This document shows positions 1-9,202 of a stretch of DNA of 64,000 bases, in pieces; the first letter of the stretch is position 1; each line of letters starts with the position of its first letter. The DNA is from an uncultured Candidatus Saccharibacteria bacterium (lineage in GTDB: Bacteria > Patescibacteriota > Minisyncoccia > Phycocordibacterales > UBA2100). The notes under the pieces are model-generated. The model did not search any database. It saw nothing but the letters and a program-made list of their open reading frames with translations, and was not told the DNA's origin. A program made the translations under genes and the position numbers. The stretch spans positions 65,037-129,036 of the forward strand of contig CAYYEX010000001.1 in assembly GCA_964471165.1 (NCBI GenBank), in the 5' to 3' direction.

Positions 1-178
1 GAAACGCGCGACGCAGTGGCGAGGAAACAATAAAATCTATATTTCCAGGCAGCGAAGCGGCGGCAACTTCGGCCTGTTGAATCCCCGTTTCATTTAATGG
101 CGCATCGATTTCCTGCCCCTGCGGGAGTTTGTTTTTATTGAAATCGGTTTGTCCGTGACGGACGAAAAGCAGCTTCAT
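1..178 (-). CDS. histidine phosphatase family protein (phosphoglycerate-mutase-like), N-terminal 59 aa only; gene continues beyond window start
   Basis: Reverse translation from ATG at 178..176 gives MKLLFVRHGQTDFNKN...PLNETG, the classic RHG catalytic motif of the PGAM/histidine phosphatase family. ORF runs off the window edge. Confidence 0.5.
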   Translation of the reverse strand, partial: MKLLFVRHGQTDFNKNKLPQGQEIDAPLNETGIQQAEVAAASLPGNIDFIVSSPLRRAF

Positions 179-278
179 GCGAGAACTATGCCACAAATCG
201 CCTGCATATATCAAAGGATATAACAAAAAGCCGCCGGATTCACCGACGGCCAGAAGCTGCGTTGTAATGCGATTGCAA

Positions 279-830
279 CTACATTGAATTGATGAGTCGT
301 GTCATCGAACTGAGGTGGGGCTGCAATGGATTTCTCGTGTCGAGCCATGTCAGCGCACCGTCGTCGAACCTATCAATGTCGCCGATGATTTTGTCAGCGA
401 CGGCCAGAGATTCGGCGGACAGCATCCGAGAGAATAACCTCAGGTGCGCCTTGCAGAAGTCGGCGGTGCCGATGCCGAGATTTACCGAAATCCCTGCACT
501 CTTGTTGATTCCCTGTGTGGGAAACACGACACTCATAGCATTGATGCTCCTGCGACACGCGTCGATGCTCGTTTCGGAGACCGTCACAATGCCCAAGTGC
601 CGTATGACGAGGGCATGCTTCCCTTCAAGTATGATTCCCGCGTCGAGATCGGCCGCACTAAGACGCTGCGATGCCTCCCGGCCCAATGCGGTCGCAAGGA
701 AAACCGCGAAGTATTTCGTAAGATCGGCGTCAGAGAGCGTAACGAGTCGGTCTGTGCGCAATGCGCCGAGAATATTCCTAACTGCCATGGGTTGCCCCTC
801 TACCGTTCGTATTGTTGCCGGAAAATACAA
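279..830 (-). CDS. hypothetical protein (183 aa)
   Basis: Six-frame ORF with balanced, protein-like composition. The competing plus-strand ORFs are Arg/Cys-rich. No recognisable motif. Confidence 0.4.
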   Translation of the reverse strand: MYFPATIRTVEGQPMAVRNILGALRTDRLVTLSDADLTKYFAVFLATALGREASQRLSAADLDAGIILEGKHALVIRHLGIVTVSETSIDACRRSINAMSVVFPTQGINKSAGISVNLGIGTADFCKAHLRLFSRMLSAESLAVADKIIGDIDRFDDGALTWLDTRNPLQPHLSSMTRLINSM

Positions 831-839
831 TACAACAAA

Positions 840-1037
840 CTAGCGTTGTGTCCACAGCGGAACAAGTTCACCGCCGGTTACATAAAAGCTCAAGTCACCG
901 AGCCCTTGGAATGGCGGCGGGCAGTCCTCCTCTGGCACCGCACATGCGTAATGAACTACCGCCCCGACGTATCGCACCCCGAGATAGAGCCCGCTGACGA
1001 TAACGATGGTTGCAAGAATCTTTAGAGCTTTTCCCAC
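840..1037 (-). CDS. small hydrophobic membrane protein (65 aa)
   Basis: ORF with one clear TM segment (LKILATIVIVSGLYLGV). Ends 9 nt upstream of the 279..830 gene on the same strand. Confidence 0.3.
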   Translation of the reverse strand: MGKALKILATIVIVSGLYLGVRYVGAVVHYACAVPEEDCPPPFQGLGDLSFYVTGGELVPLWTQR

Positions 1038-1058
1038 AGTATTAGTTGCAATTGATAA

Positions 1059-1262
1059 TTATTTTTGAAACTCAAGGATTTCTCCGGGCTGACAATCCAG
1101 TGCTTTGCAGATTGCCTCGAGGGTCGAAAATCGGATTGCCCGTGCCTTGCCGTTTTTCAATATCGAAATATTGGCCATCGTGATACCGACTTTCTCTGTG
1201 AGTTCCGTAACACTCATTTTTCGCTTTGCGAGCATTACGTCTATGTTGATGATGATTGCCAT
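1059..1262 (-). CDS. XRE-family helix-turn-helix transcriptional regulator (YozG-like, 67 aa)
   Basis: KMSVTELTEKVGITMANISILKNGKARAIRFSTLEAICKALDCQPGEIL is a canonical Cro/C1-type HTH of the short YozG-like regulators. Confidence 0.8.
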   Translation of the reverse strand: MAIIINIDVMLAKRKMSVTELTEKVGITMANISILKNGKARAIRFSTLEAICKALDCQPGEILEFQK

Positions 1263-1265
1263 ATA

Positions 1266-1727
1266 TTACACAGTGAGGTCGCTCTCTGATTGGAGGTCGA
1301 CAGCATTTTGCAGAAGCCGCTGAAGCACCGCCGCAAAGACACCCACAACCAGCGGCGCAAATATGCACACAAGCCCAACCAGTACCACACCAGGCGCGTC
1401 ATCTACTTCTGCAATATGAATAATGAATGGCATCATTGCGGCATAGAGCGAACTAATGATGAACGCACAATACTCAATCCTCGTGATTGCACGCACTGAT
1501 GCTTGTGAGAATGCCGTGTTTCGTTCAATAGAGCGTAGTAATTCCATACCCTGATAGAGCGCGTACAAAAACGGTATCGCGGTAAGAAAGACACCAATCA
1601 TTATAGGCAGACCAATACCTGCGTTTCCCGAAACCGTTACGCCTACTATGATTATGCAAACCCCGATAGCGACGAGTCCGAGTAGGACGATGACTGATTT
1701 TAAGAAAAGTGTTGAACCTTTTTTCAT
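1266..1727 (-). CDS. DUF2975-like multi-pass membrane protein
   Basis: Four predicted TM helices. Sits immediately upstream of, and co-directional with, the YozG-like HTH gene, the usual DUF2975+HTH two-gene arrangement. Confidence 0.6.
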   Translation of the reverse strand: MKKGSTLFLKSVIVLLGLVAIGVCIIIVGVTVSGNAGIGLPIMIGVFLTAIPFLYALYQGMELLRSIERNTAFSQASVRAITRIEYCAFIISSLYAAMMPFIIHIAEVDDAPGVVLVGLVCIFAPLVVGVFAAVLQRLLQNAVDLQSESDLTV

Positions 1728-1843
1728 ACAGAATCCTTAGTGGTAATACACTCAGTTTACGACTAATATATCGTTTGTCGATATATTGTTATCGTTAATG
1801 TGGATAACTGGATTTACGAATCAAAAACCACCCTCTCGGGCGG

Positions 1844-2149
1844 TTATTGTTTCCTTTTTTTCCGAGCCAGGATTCCCTTTATGGACGGACTGAGCGCTTT
1901 GTCAGTTCGGTGGATACAACCAATCCAGCAACACGGTCGGCGCTTACCCTCTTTGAGCTCAACGGTGAAGCGTTTTACGTGGTCCAGTCGCGTCTCGTCT
2001 CTCTTTACTGATGTGGTCCAGCAAATCCACTCATTGCGCGAGAGCGGCGTAAGAGTCTGCCACTTAGAAAGCGCTGCTTTATCTTTTGTGAGTGCCACTT
2101 TCATATCTGCAGGCACTGTGTGTACCACTCCTGTGGCGATTTTTTCCAT
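1844..2149 (-). CDS. YdeI/OmpD-associated (OmdA) family protein
   Basis: Central segment ...LSKWQTLTPLSRNEWICWTTSVKRDETRLDHVKRFTVELKEG matches the conserved core of YdeI/OmdA-type proteins. The plus-strand ORF 1800..2213 is less protein-like. Confidence 0.5.
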   Translation of the reverse strand: MEKIATGVVHTVPADMKVALTKDKAALSKWQTLTPLSRNEWICWTTSVKRDETRLDHVKRFTVELKEGKRRPCCWIGCIHRTDKALSPSIKGILARKKRKQ

Positions 2150-2506
2150 GCACTCAATATATCAAATCAGCGTAACCGATTCTTCGATTACGCCGATTCG
2201 AGTTGATGTGTAGGTGAACGAGCTGCCTAGTTCTTGTACGGACGATTTTTGTCCTTCTTATCTTTATCTTTTTTAGGCTTTTTCGCCTCCTTCTTTTTAT
2301 CCATTCCTTTTGACATATATGTCCAGATTAGCATGCACTATTTCTAATTCCAGTGCGCATTTGGGATAGCGTGCTGCGGGCCAGCTGCCTGGACACCACA
2401 ATAATGGGAATCGTGATACCCTTTGCCGTGGCTTGTCCTTCGACATACCGATTCTCTACTCTGAATACAGCTCACATTCTATATCCCCGGAAAGGAGGGT
2501 AGACCA

Positions 2507-3739
2507 ATGACTAAACCGATTCAGGCGACTGCCCCCTCTGGCAGCACGATTTCTGCAGCTACGAACTCGCCACTTCGTAAGACGGTGATTCTGCCTACCG
2601 GCAAAGAGGTACAGGCCTCAACCGGATGGGAGCCCTGGATGGATGAGGATGGTGCGACAGGATGGGTAGTCCCCGAAATCCTCGCACCTGACCCCGATCA
2701 GCCGCGAGACGAAATGAACGAGGCCGATCTCGAGGAATTGACCGAGAGTGTTCGTGTGGCTGGAGTGCGGCAAATTATCGACATCACGCCAGTCAAGCGT
2801 GCCCCGTGGATTAAAGTGCGCAAGGAGCATCGCAATCTGCCGCTTCTCATCGTTGCCGGACATCGACGACAGTTGGCTGCGCTCGGCGCCCCTATTGGTG
2901 CAGTGCGGATTATCATCCACATCTACGCTGATGCCGACGAACACGACGACGACCGCTCAATCTCCAACAAGCAGCGCGAGGGCGTTACCGAACTCGACGA
3001 AGGTCGGGAAATGGTCAAGCAGATTACGCGACGCAAGCTCAGCGTCGCCGAACTTGCAAGGCGGTGGGGCTACTCGCAACCCAAGGCACAGGCGCGAATC
3101 AATCTCACACAACTGGACCCCGCGATTTGGCCGCTCTTAAAGGCGGTAAGCGGCTCCCGCCGATCACTCGCACCAACAATTGGTGGACACCTTGGCGGTG
3201 TGAATACACCTACACTGGACGAGCTTGAGGAGCTGCGCAAACAGTTTACGAACGACGTTGCGTGGTCACGCTCCAAAGAATCCGAGAAGTCGATTGTCCC
3301 CGCAGCAGACGTGTCAGAAATTGACGACGAGGACCAGCTTCGGTTTCAGTGGCAACGGGTTATGCTCGCGGTCATTCGCCATCGCGGCATACCGTCGTCA
3401 AATGCGGTCAATCTCATCCTCACCCACAAGGCAACGATGAGCGCATCGCACAACGCCACTGGCCGTCCATCGGAGAAACATCAACCGAAGCGTCGCCTCG
3501 ATATTTTGGACAACACGCTCGAAGCGTTCTTGAAGTCCGAAGTGTGGGGATGGAACGGACCAGAATTCACGCGCATCTGTTCGAATTCCTCCCAGCAGGA
3601 TGTGCAGGCGTTTGTGGCGAAGCTCACGCAGGTGATTGCGCACGCCAAAGGCCTGGGTGACATTCTGGCTCGAATCAGCGCCACGAAGAAAGCCACCAGC
3701 CCCGAGGTCGCCGAACTGATGAAACGAAGGACTGGCTAA
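2507..3739 (+). CDS. ParB-like nuclease domain protein with internal HTH (410 aa); not the chromosomal parB
   Basis: Strong RBS GGAAAGGAGGG 8 nt upstream of the ATG. ParB/Srx-type N-terminal motif (LLIVAGHRRQLAALGA) and an HTH (KLSVAELARRWGYSQPKAQ). Lies in a GC-richer block. Hairpin terminator follows at 3779..3822. Confidence 0.7.
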   Translation: MTKPIQATAPSGSTISAATNSPLRKTVILPTGKEVQASTGWEPWMDEDGATGWVVPEILAPDPDQPRDEMNEADLEELTESVRVAGVRQIIDITPVKRAPWIKVRKEHRNLPLLIVAGHRRQLAALGAPIGAVRIIIHIYADADEHDDDRSISNKQREGVTELDEGREMVKQITRRKLSVAELARRWGYSQPKAQARINLTQLDPAIWPLLKAVSGSRRSLAPTIGGHLGGVNTPTLDELEELRKQFTNDVAWSRSKESEKSIVPAADVSEIDDEDQLRFQWQRVMLAVIRHRGIPSSNAVNLILTHKATMSASHNATGRPSEKHQPKRRLDILDNTLEAFLKSEVWGWNGPEFTRICSNSSQQDVQAFVAKLTQVIAHAKGLGDILARISATKKATSPEVAELMKRRTG

Positions 3740-3778
3740 CGAAGAGCCTGCGTTCTCGAACAAACATTTGAACACATT

Positions 3779-3822
3779 GAGGCTCTGCGGACACAACATC
3801 CGACAGAGCCTCTTTCTTTTGT
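3779..3822 (+). terminator. Rho-independent terminator after the parB-like gene
   Basis: GAGGCTCTG-N16-CAGAGCCTC hairpin followed by TTTCTTTTGTGTG. Confidence 0.6.
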
Positions 3823-3875
3823 GTGAGAACCAACGCGTCGAATCACGCACTTAGTGTTCGGTACGCGGTGGCGCG

Positions 3876-4208
3876 CTAGCGGTCCAGAATTCTGAGGCTT
3901 CTTTTTACCGTCACAAATACGTATGCCCATAAAAGGGGCAGCCATATCGGCATGATTCCAAGCAAGCTAGTTCGCGCAAATGTCTCGACGCCAGTGTGTA
4001 TGAACCACGCCTCGGATATAGATATGGCAATGAGGCCAACCACGGCCGCCAAGATGTCGTTGCGTTCACTTTTAAAACAGAGGAGCGCACAGATGCACAC
4101 AACGTAGACTGCAGCCAGTGCATAATCGTTTTGAATATGGGGTATGAGTCCAATCATGACGAAGATTGGAATTACATAGATGCAGATTTTTATTATCCTC
4201 GTACTCAT
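3876..4208 (-). CDS. hypothetical 3-TM membrane protein
   Basis: Hydrophobic ORF. Start placed at the internal Met (MSTRIIKI...) to avoid overlapping the NUDIX gene; the ORF could extend to 4238. Confidence 0.4.
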   Translation of the reverse strand: MSTRIIKICIYVIPIFVMIGLIPHIQNDYALAAVYVVCICALLCFKSERNDILAAVVGLIAISISEAWFIHTGVETFARTSLLGIMPIWLPLLWAYVFVTVKRSLRILDR

Positions 4209-4212
4209 AGTT

Positions 4213-4737
4213 CTACGAAAAACGGAGCGCTTCACCACTCAGAAGTTCAAAGCCGCGCATCATCGTAAGATACTCCGGGTCGTCGCCACTGTTGTGATTT
4301 GCGTACTCGCTGGTAACAATCTGCGCGCGTAGTTCTTTTACCTCGTCTTTCGAAAACCACCCGCATGTTGAGTGGTCCTCTGGGTGGATCATAACGTTCT
4401 CAATCGGGTCAGTGAATTGCGCAAAATATGTAACCTGTATCGAATGTGAGCCTTTTATGTGGTTCATGTAGGTGCACGTATAAAACGGGTCTCCCACGGC
4501 AACGCCCATACCAAGCTCCTCCTTAATCTCGCGCTTGAGCCCCAGCACGATATCTTCGCCAAAGTCGATATGCCCGCCCGGCAACTCGTACACGCCGGGG
4601 AGAAACTTTTTTGTGTCTGCACGCTTCGGGAGAAACACTTTGGTTACACCGTCGAACTTTGCGTGAATAAACGCACATGCGCTTATTACCTGCTGCCCAT
4701 GTGCTGGAACTTCACTGTCGTGCGAAATCTTGTTCAT
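4213..4737 (-). CDS. NUDIX hydrolase
   Basis: Nudix box [23 protein letters not shown] (GX5EX7REUXEEXGU). Confidence 0.8.
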   Translation of the reverse strand: MNKISHDSEVPAHGQQVISACAFIHAKFDGVTKVFLPKRADTKKFLPGVYELPGGHIDFGEDIVLGLKREIKEELGMGVAVGDPFYTCTYMNHIKGSHSIQVTYFAQFTDPIENVMIHPEDHSTCGWFSKDEVKELRAQIVTSEYANHNSGDDPEYLTMMRGFELLSGEALRFS

Positions 4738-4833
4738 AGGCGACTGAGTTGTTCCATTCTTTCTATTCTAGCGCAATTCAAACCGGTCACTTGGTATGAA
4801 GTGCAAGTAGACATAGAATTGAAACAAGAGCCT

Positions 4834-5208
4834 ATGAAAACAAATCCAAAGACACTACAACGCATTTACACCATGAGCTTTGCGCGAGTTTATCCCCTCT
4901 ACGTGGCAAAGGCGGAGAAAAAAGGACGCACGAAGGCGGAAGTCGACGAGGTAATCCGTTGGCTAACCGGATATCGCGAAAAAGGCTTGCAAACACAATT
5001 GAAAAAGCAGACGGACTTCGAAACATTCTTTGCCAAAGCTCCAAAGCTCAACCCAAAGCGGCGACTCATCACCGGTTTGATTTGCGGTATCCGCGTGGAA
5101 GACATTAAGGAGCCCCTCATGCAAGAAATCCGCTATCTCGATAAACTTGTCGATGAATTAGCAAAAGGAAAAGCGATGGAGCAGATTCTGCGTAAAAAAG
5201 ACCCTTAG
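4834..5208 (+). CDS. DUF2200 family protein (124 aa)
   Basis: [47 protein letters not shown] matches the conserved N-terminus of DUF2200 proteins. The upstream part of the long six-frame ORF (4459..) is antisense to the NUDIX gene, so the start was moved to the ATG at 4834. Confidence 0.65.
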   Translation: MKTNPKTLQRIYTMSFARVYPLYVAKAEKKGRTKAEVDEVIRWLTGYREKGLQTQLKKQTDFETFFAKAPKLNPKRRLITGLICGIRVEDIKEPLMQEIRYLDKLVDELAKGKAMEQILRKKDP

Positions 5209-5798
5209 CGCAAAGCGGCAAAGCGGCGTCGTTCTCGCTCGAAGTCCGGGCGAACTTCGTCTTGAACCTCCGGAAAAAATATCTTTTTATTGAAATCCCT
5301 ATCTGTCTTCTCCAGTCCCCATTTCAAAATATCGGCCTTTGTCTCTCCTCGTGCTGTAAAGTTCTCCACCGCAAAATCATAAAAATCTGTTTGCAGGTGA
5401 ACTACCGCATCTGCAGTTGCCATTATCTTCCCCTCGAGGGTTCGAGGTGCATCCCCATCCCTGCAGCTGTGATATTTGATTGCATCGTCAACGATGAGCG
5501 TAATCTCTGCATCGGTAAATCCCGATAGTCGCAAAAGGCCCCGTGCAATGGCCATACTCTCCTGTTCGTGCCGCGGGTCTTCTCGCGACATAACGGCGTC
5601 GGCTACGTCGTGCAACATTGCCGCTGCTACTACCAAATCCACGCCCGCACCAAACCGCACGGCCAATTCCCTCGCCTTATCAGCCACCTTAAACACATGG
5701 CTCGTGTGCAAATAATCTGCCCAGTCTTTTGCTCGGCTCGTGTTCTTGTCTAGATACAAGGCATCAATCCGATCTTTAAGTGCCTCGATTCGATTCAT
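5205..5798 (-). CDS. HD-domain phosphohydrolase
   Basis: H...HD motif ([10 protein letters not shown]) and a downstream conserved D (ATADAVVH). Typical HD superfamily layout. Confidence 0.7.
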   Translation of the reverse strand: MNRIEALKDRIDALYLDKNTSRAKDWADYLHTSHVFKVADKARELAVRFGAGVDLVVAAAMLHDVADAVMSREDPRHEQESMAIARGLLRLSGFTDAEITLIVDDAIKYHSCRDGDAPRTLEGKIMATADAVVHLQTDFYDFAVENFTARGETKADILKWGLEKTDRDFNKKIFFPEVQDEVRPDFERERRRFAALR

Positions 5799-6211
5799 AC
5801 TTGGGGTAACCGCAGATACCTCTGATAAATCACACCAGTGTCCGTGCAGAGTTTGCCCTCCGTATACAACTGGTCAACTTCCTCTTTTTTCATCCACCCC
5901 GACCATTGCCATTCCGTCTCGTCTGTCTGCAGCGTGTCATCAGTCTCTGTAATATATGCATGCGACGTTTGTTGAAAATTCGGCATATCAAAGTCTTCTG
6001 TAAACAAGTACCGTATGGGTGTTTTTAAACCAGTCTCCTCAAACAATTCCCTTGCAGCAGCCTCTTGAGGCAGTTCCCCTTCGTCCACATGCCCGCCCGC
6101 ACCAATACCATATCTATTCGGAAACATTTTTTTAGATGCCAAACGCTGATGCATAAAATACTCACCCTGGGAGTTTTTTATAAAAATGATGACTACTTCG
6201 ACTTTGGCCAT
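5795..6211 (-). CDS. NUDIX hydrolase
   Basis: Nudix box GGHVDEGELPQEAAARELFEETG. Overlaps the HD gene by 4 nt, suggesting an operon. Confidence 0.8.
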   Translation of the reverse strand: MAKVEVVIIFIKNSQGEYFMHQRLASKKMFPNRYGIGAGGHVDEGELPQEAAARELFEETGLKTPIRYLFTEDFDMPNFQQTSHAYITETDDTLQTDETEWQWSGWMKKEEVDQLYTEGKLCTDTGVIYQRYLRLPQV

Positions 6212-6226
6212 AATGGTGCTGCCTGT

Positions 6227-6817
6227 TTAGCCTACATCCTCGACGAGCTTTTTCTCCCTCGTCCGGCGCGTGAGAATAAACAGCGTCATCAGTGAATTGG
6301 TCGTAATCATAGCAATTGAATGGAGCGTCGTGGCTATGTTGTAGGCCTGCAAAGAAAGCAACGCAAGAATATGCCGGAGCACGTTGGTACCGTACAAGAG
6401 CGGGGACTCAGTTTTTGGTTCCAACCATGTTTTACGAAGCGTTGGAATAAAGGCGACAACATCAATGGCAACAACCACAATAACCGACATTGTTGGGTCA
6501 TTCGTATAAATCCACGGAACAATACCTGCGAGCGCGATGGCAAGAAAGATTTTATCTGTTTTTGTTGGATTCTTGAATCCGTATTTGAGAGAAAGGAGAA
6601 AAATCATAATTGTGAAAATCTCTGAAGCGGCAGTAGGGAGTGCGCCAATGCCAGCACCTTTTGCAAGCTGCCCAAAGAACACAACGCCTGAGACAATCGA
6701 CCAAACAAACCACGTATACGCATGTGGCTCAATCCTCCCTTTCACCACATCAATCATGTACGGAACATTTCCCGCTATCGCGAGAAGCGCAGCAACAATG
6801 GCAATAGATTCTTTCAC
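6227..6817 (-). CDS. hypothetical polytopic membrane protein (196 aa)
   Basis: Six hydrophobic segments. No recognisable motif. Confidence 0.45.
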   Translation of the reverse strand: MKESIAIVAALLAIAGNVPYMIDVVKGRIEPHAYTWFVWSIVSGVVFFGQLAKGAGIGALPTAASEIFTIMIFLLSLKYGFKNPTKTDKIFLAIALAGIVPWIYTNDPTMSVIVVVAIDVVAFIPTLRKTWLEPKTESPLLYGTNVLRHILALLSLQAYNIATTLHSIAMITTNSLMTLFILTRRTREKKLVEDVG

Positions 6818-6828
6818 AAAGTAAGAAT

Positions 6829-7527
6829 CTATTTAGAAAGAACGAGCCAGTGGTGCTTGCAGCCGTAGTCTTTTCCGTTGAACTGTGTGACCTTTTCTAT
6901 CCGCTCCCACTTTTCTATCTTGAAGTCTTTGTAAACGCTACGTAATTCGTCCTCATCGAACGTCTTTTCAAATTTACCCGTCGGGTGGTGAAAAGCATTC
7001 TGCTGCTCTGCGGGGGCTGTCTGCATCATTTCTTTATGAAACTCGTCGTCGGTTGAAAGAAGATACGCCAGTAAATAACCACCTGGTTTGAGCACTCGAT
7101 GGAACTCACTGATTGCATATGCGCGGCCTTCGGGTGATTCGATGTCGGTCGAAGCAAAACAATCAATGGCAAAATCGAACGAATCCGTTTCGTAGTCCCA
7201 CGTTTTTGTGGCGTCTTGGACAATAAAATGTGCCCCCTCTATCTGAGCTGCAAATGCCCGTCGTTTGGCTTCTTCGATCGCAATCGGAGAAAAGTCGAAT
7301 CCATACATCTCAACACCCTTTGCAGCAAGCCACACAACATTTCTACCCTTGCCACACCCCATTTCAACACCGCGCACATTGTCTGTTCTACCTTCTGCCT
7401 TAAGGAGTCCCCAAAACTTTTTCACGCCACTCGAACCCTCATCGGAATCCATTTGTAATAAAACACTGGGAGAGGCATGCTCTGCATCCCATATTCTTTG
7501 CTGGTCCTCGTGTGTAAAGTTTTTCAT
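6829..7527 (-). CDS. class I SAM-dependent methyltransferase
   Basis: Motif I VEMGCGKGRN and motif post-I/II (YGFDFSP...DAT). Rossmann MTase fold. Confidence 0.75.
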   Translation of the reverse strand: MKNFTHEDQQRIWDAEHASPSVLLQMDSDEGSSGVKKFWGLLKAEGRTDNVRGVEMGCGKGRNVVWLAAKGVEMYGFDFSPIAIEEAKRRAFAAQIEGAHFIVQDATKTWDYETDSFDFAIDCFASTDIESPEGRAYAISEFHRVLKPGGYLLAYLLSTDDEFHKEMMQTAPAEQQNAFHHPTGKFEKTFDEDELRSVYKDFKIEKWERIEKVTQFNGKDYGCKHHWLVLSK

Positions 7528-7533
7528 AATTCG

Positions 7534-8139
7534 TTAAGACAAAGAATCGGAACTGGTTGATGATTCTAGAATAATGCTACAAATACTCTCAATAAGCAGC
7601 CCCGGGCCATCGGTTGAATTGTCCAGTACATGTGGACTGAATGACATGAATGTTTGCTCCTTGATATATGGCACGCTCCCCACTTCTTTTGGCACGAAGT
7701 CATCCGCCGATGCCTCGCCACGCAAGGAAAGACGCGAAATGCGCACCGCCTCGTCCACAGTGAGAAGAAATAAGTAGTCCGGTTTTCTGAGTGCGGTCTT
7801 CTTGAAATCTGGAACCAACGCTGCGTCCAGCCCACGCGCAATATGCTGGGCAACCGTGGAGTACACGTATCTGTCACAAATAACCCATGCATCCGTGAGC
7901 AGTGGCGTTATCTCTGCAGACTTGTTGAGTGCGCTCGCAACATAAAAAAAGAAACTCGCTTCCACGGTAGCATGAGCCTTTATGTATTCTTTTGCCGCAT
8001 TGAAGACACTGTTTCTATTCTCAATATCTTCATAGCGCACAGCGTTAATGCCGCGATTTTTGAGCTCGGTCACGAGAAGCGACGAAATTGTCGTCTTTCC
8101 GGTCCCATCAATCCCCTCGAATACTATTAATTTTCCCAT
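7534..8139 (-). CDS. tmk: thymidylate kinase
   Basis: MGKLIVFEGIDGTGKTT P-loop, DRY motif (CDRYVYS), lid region. Canonical dTMP kinase. Confidence 0.85.
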   Translation of the reverse strand: MGKLIVFEGIDGTGKTTISSLLVTELKNRGINAVRYEDIENRNSVFNAAKEYIKAHATVEASFFFYVASALNKSAEITPLLTDAWVICDRYVYSTVAQHIARGLDAALVPDFKKTALRKPDYLFLLTVDEAVRISRLSLRGEASADDFVPKEVGSVPYIKEQTFMSFSPHVLDNSTDGPGLLIESICSIILESSTSSDSLS

Positions 8140-9146
8140 AACATCTTTGCGATTTGGCGCGTGCGCTCCACGGTTTCTTTCGATGTTTGGCCATTCTCCT
8201 CCTCTCGAATGTATCGCGCCAAGCGTCGACCTACCTCTGCGTATGATTCCTGCATCACAACGTCTTCGTTGATGATGCCCGCCCTGAGTCGGTTTACGCC
8301 CATGCTGGTTGCTGAAGTAATCGTGCGCAGTAACGCGCCTTCTGCGGGAAATAGTTCTGACATTCTTCTCAGAATTTCGTAGTTTTCGATATCACGATTG
8401 TAGGAGACAGCACCACTTCCATGATTACTATCGTGCATTACGTGGTCAAAAAAGTCTGCAGAAGCCGCCATAAATGCCAGGTGGAGTGGATGGTGAATCG
8501 GGAGGTCAAACACGGGAAACGTTTCGAGTTTCAAATAAAATGGAATCGAACCTTTTTTCATTAGAAAATAAAGCTGGGACAGGCATACGTTGAACTTGCC
8601 ACTGCCTCCTCCAGGACTCAAGACGATTTGAATGGGCTTCACTGCATCAATAAACGAGTTTCTATCCAGATGATGAGCAATTTGAGTGGTGTTGGTATAG
8701 TCCTCTATCTCATAAAAGTAATGCACCTCGTTACCGCGAGCCTGAATGGTGCGGATAAAATTCTGAAGCCTTGTTTCGCTTTCCCAGCCCTGCAGCAGCC
8801 TCGTGAGCGCAACATGTTTTACTTTGAGGCCACGTTTTTCGAGCTCATTCAGTGAGCGCACAGTCTCGTCGTCGTATCGTGTTTTAAAATCACCACGTAT
8901 CCGTCCGCCAAGAATGTCCTTTGCAGATACACAAAAAATCGGCTCACTCTCGGGAAGCGAAAGGACAAGTTCGAGTTTCGCGTCCTCATGATACCCGGGC
9001 AGAACGCGAGCAGCGTGTCTGTCTTGTAGAATCTTCCCCCCAAACTCCACCACTAATGAATCCGTTTTACCCTCGACGGCAGCCCGAATGGCCGCTACTT
9101 GTGCCTCAATGTAGCGAGGTGTGTCGAACCCGATTCTATCGGTCAT
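8127..9146 (-). CDS. DUF1846 (UPF0371) family protein
   Basis: N-terminus ...LVVEFGGKILQDRHAARVLPGY resembles the conserved start of UPF0371/DUF1846 proteins. Shorter than typical members. Confidence 0.45.
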   Translation of the reverse strand: MTDRIGFDTPRYIEAQVAAIRAAVEGKTDSLVVEFGGKILQDRHAARVLPGYHEDAKLELVLSLPESEPIFCVSAKDILGGRIRGDFKTRYDDETVRSLNELEKRGLKVKHVALTRLLQGWESETRLQNFIRTIQARGNEVHYFYEIEDYTNTTQIAHHLDRNSFIDAVKPIQIVLSPGGGSGKFNVCLSQLYFLMKKGSIPFYLKLETFPVFDLPIHHPLHLAFMAASADFFDHVMHDSNHGSGAVSYNRDIENYEILRRMSELFPAEGALLRTITSATSMGVNRLRAGIINEDVVMQESYAEVGRRLARYIREEENGQTSKETVERTRQIAKMLWEN

Positions 9147-9202
9147 TGGGGAATCCTAGCACTGAGCACGTGGTTGGCGCCATTTTGTAGAGGTGTTTGA
9201 TG

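Noticed and set aside
4459-4833. N-terminal 125 codons of the 249-aa plus-strand ORF 4459..5208
   Set aside because: This portion is antisense to the NUDIX gene (canonical Nudix box on the minus strand). The DUF2200 homology begins only at the internal Met at 4834.
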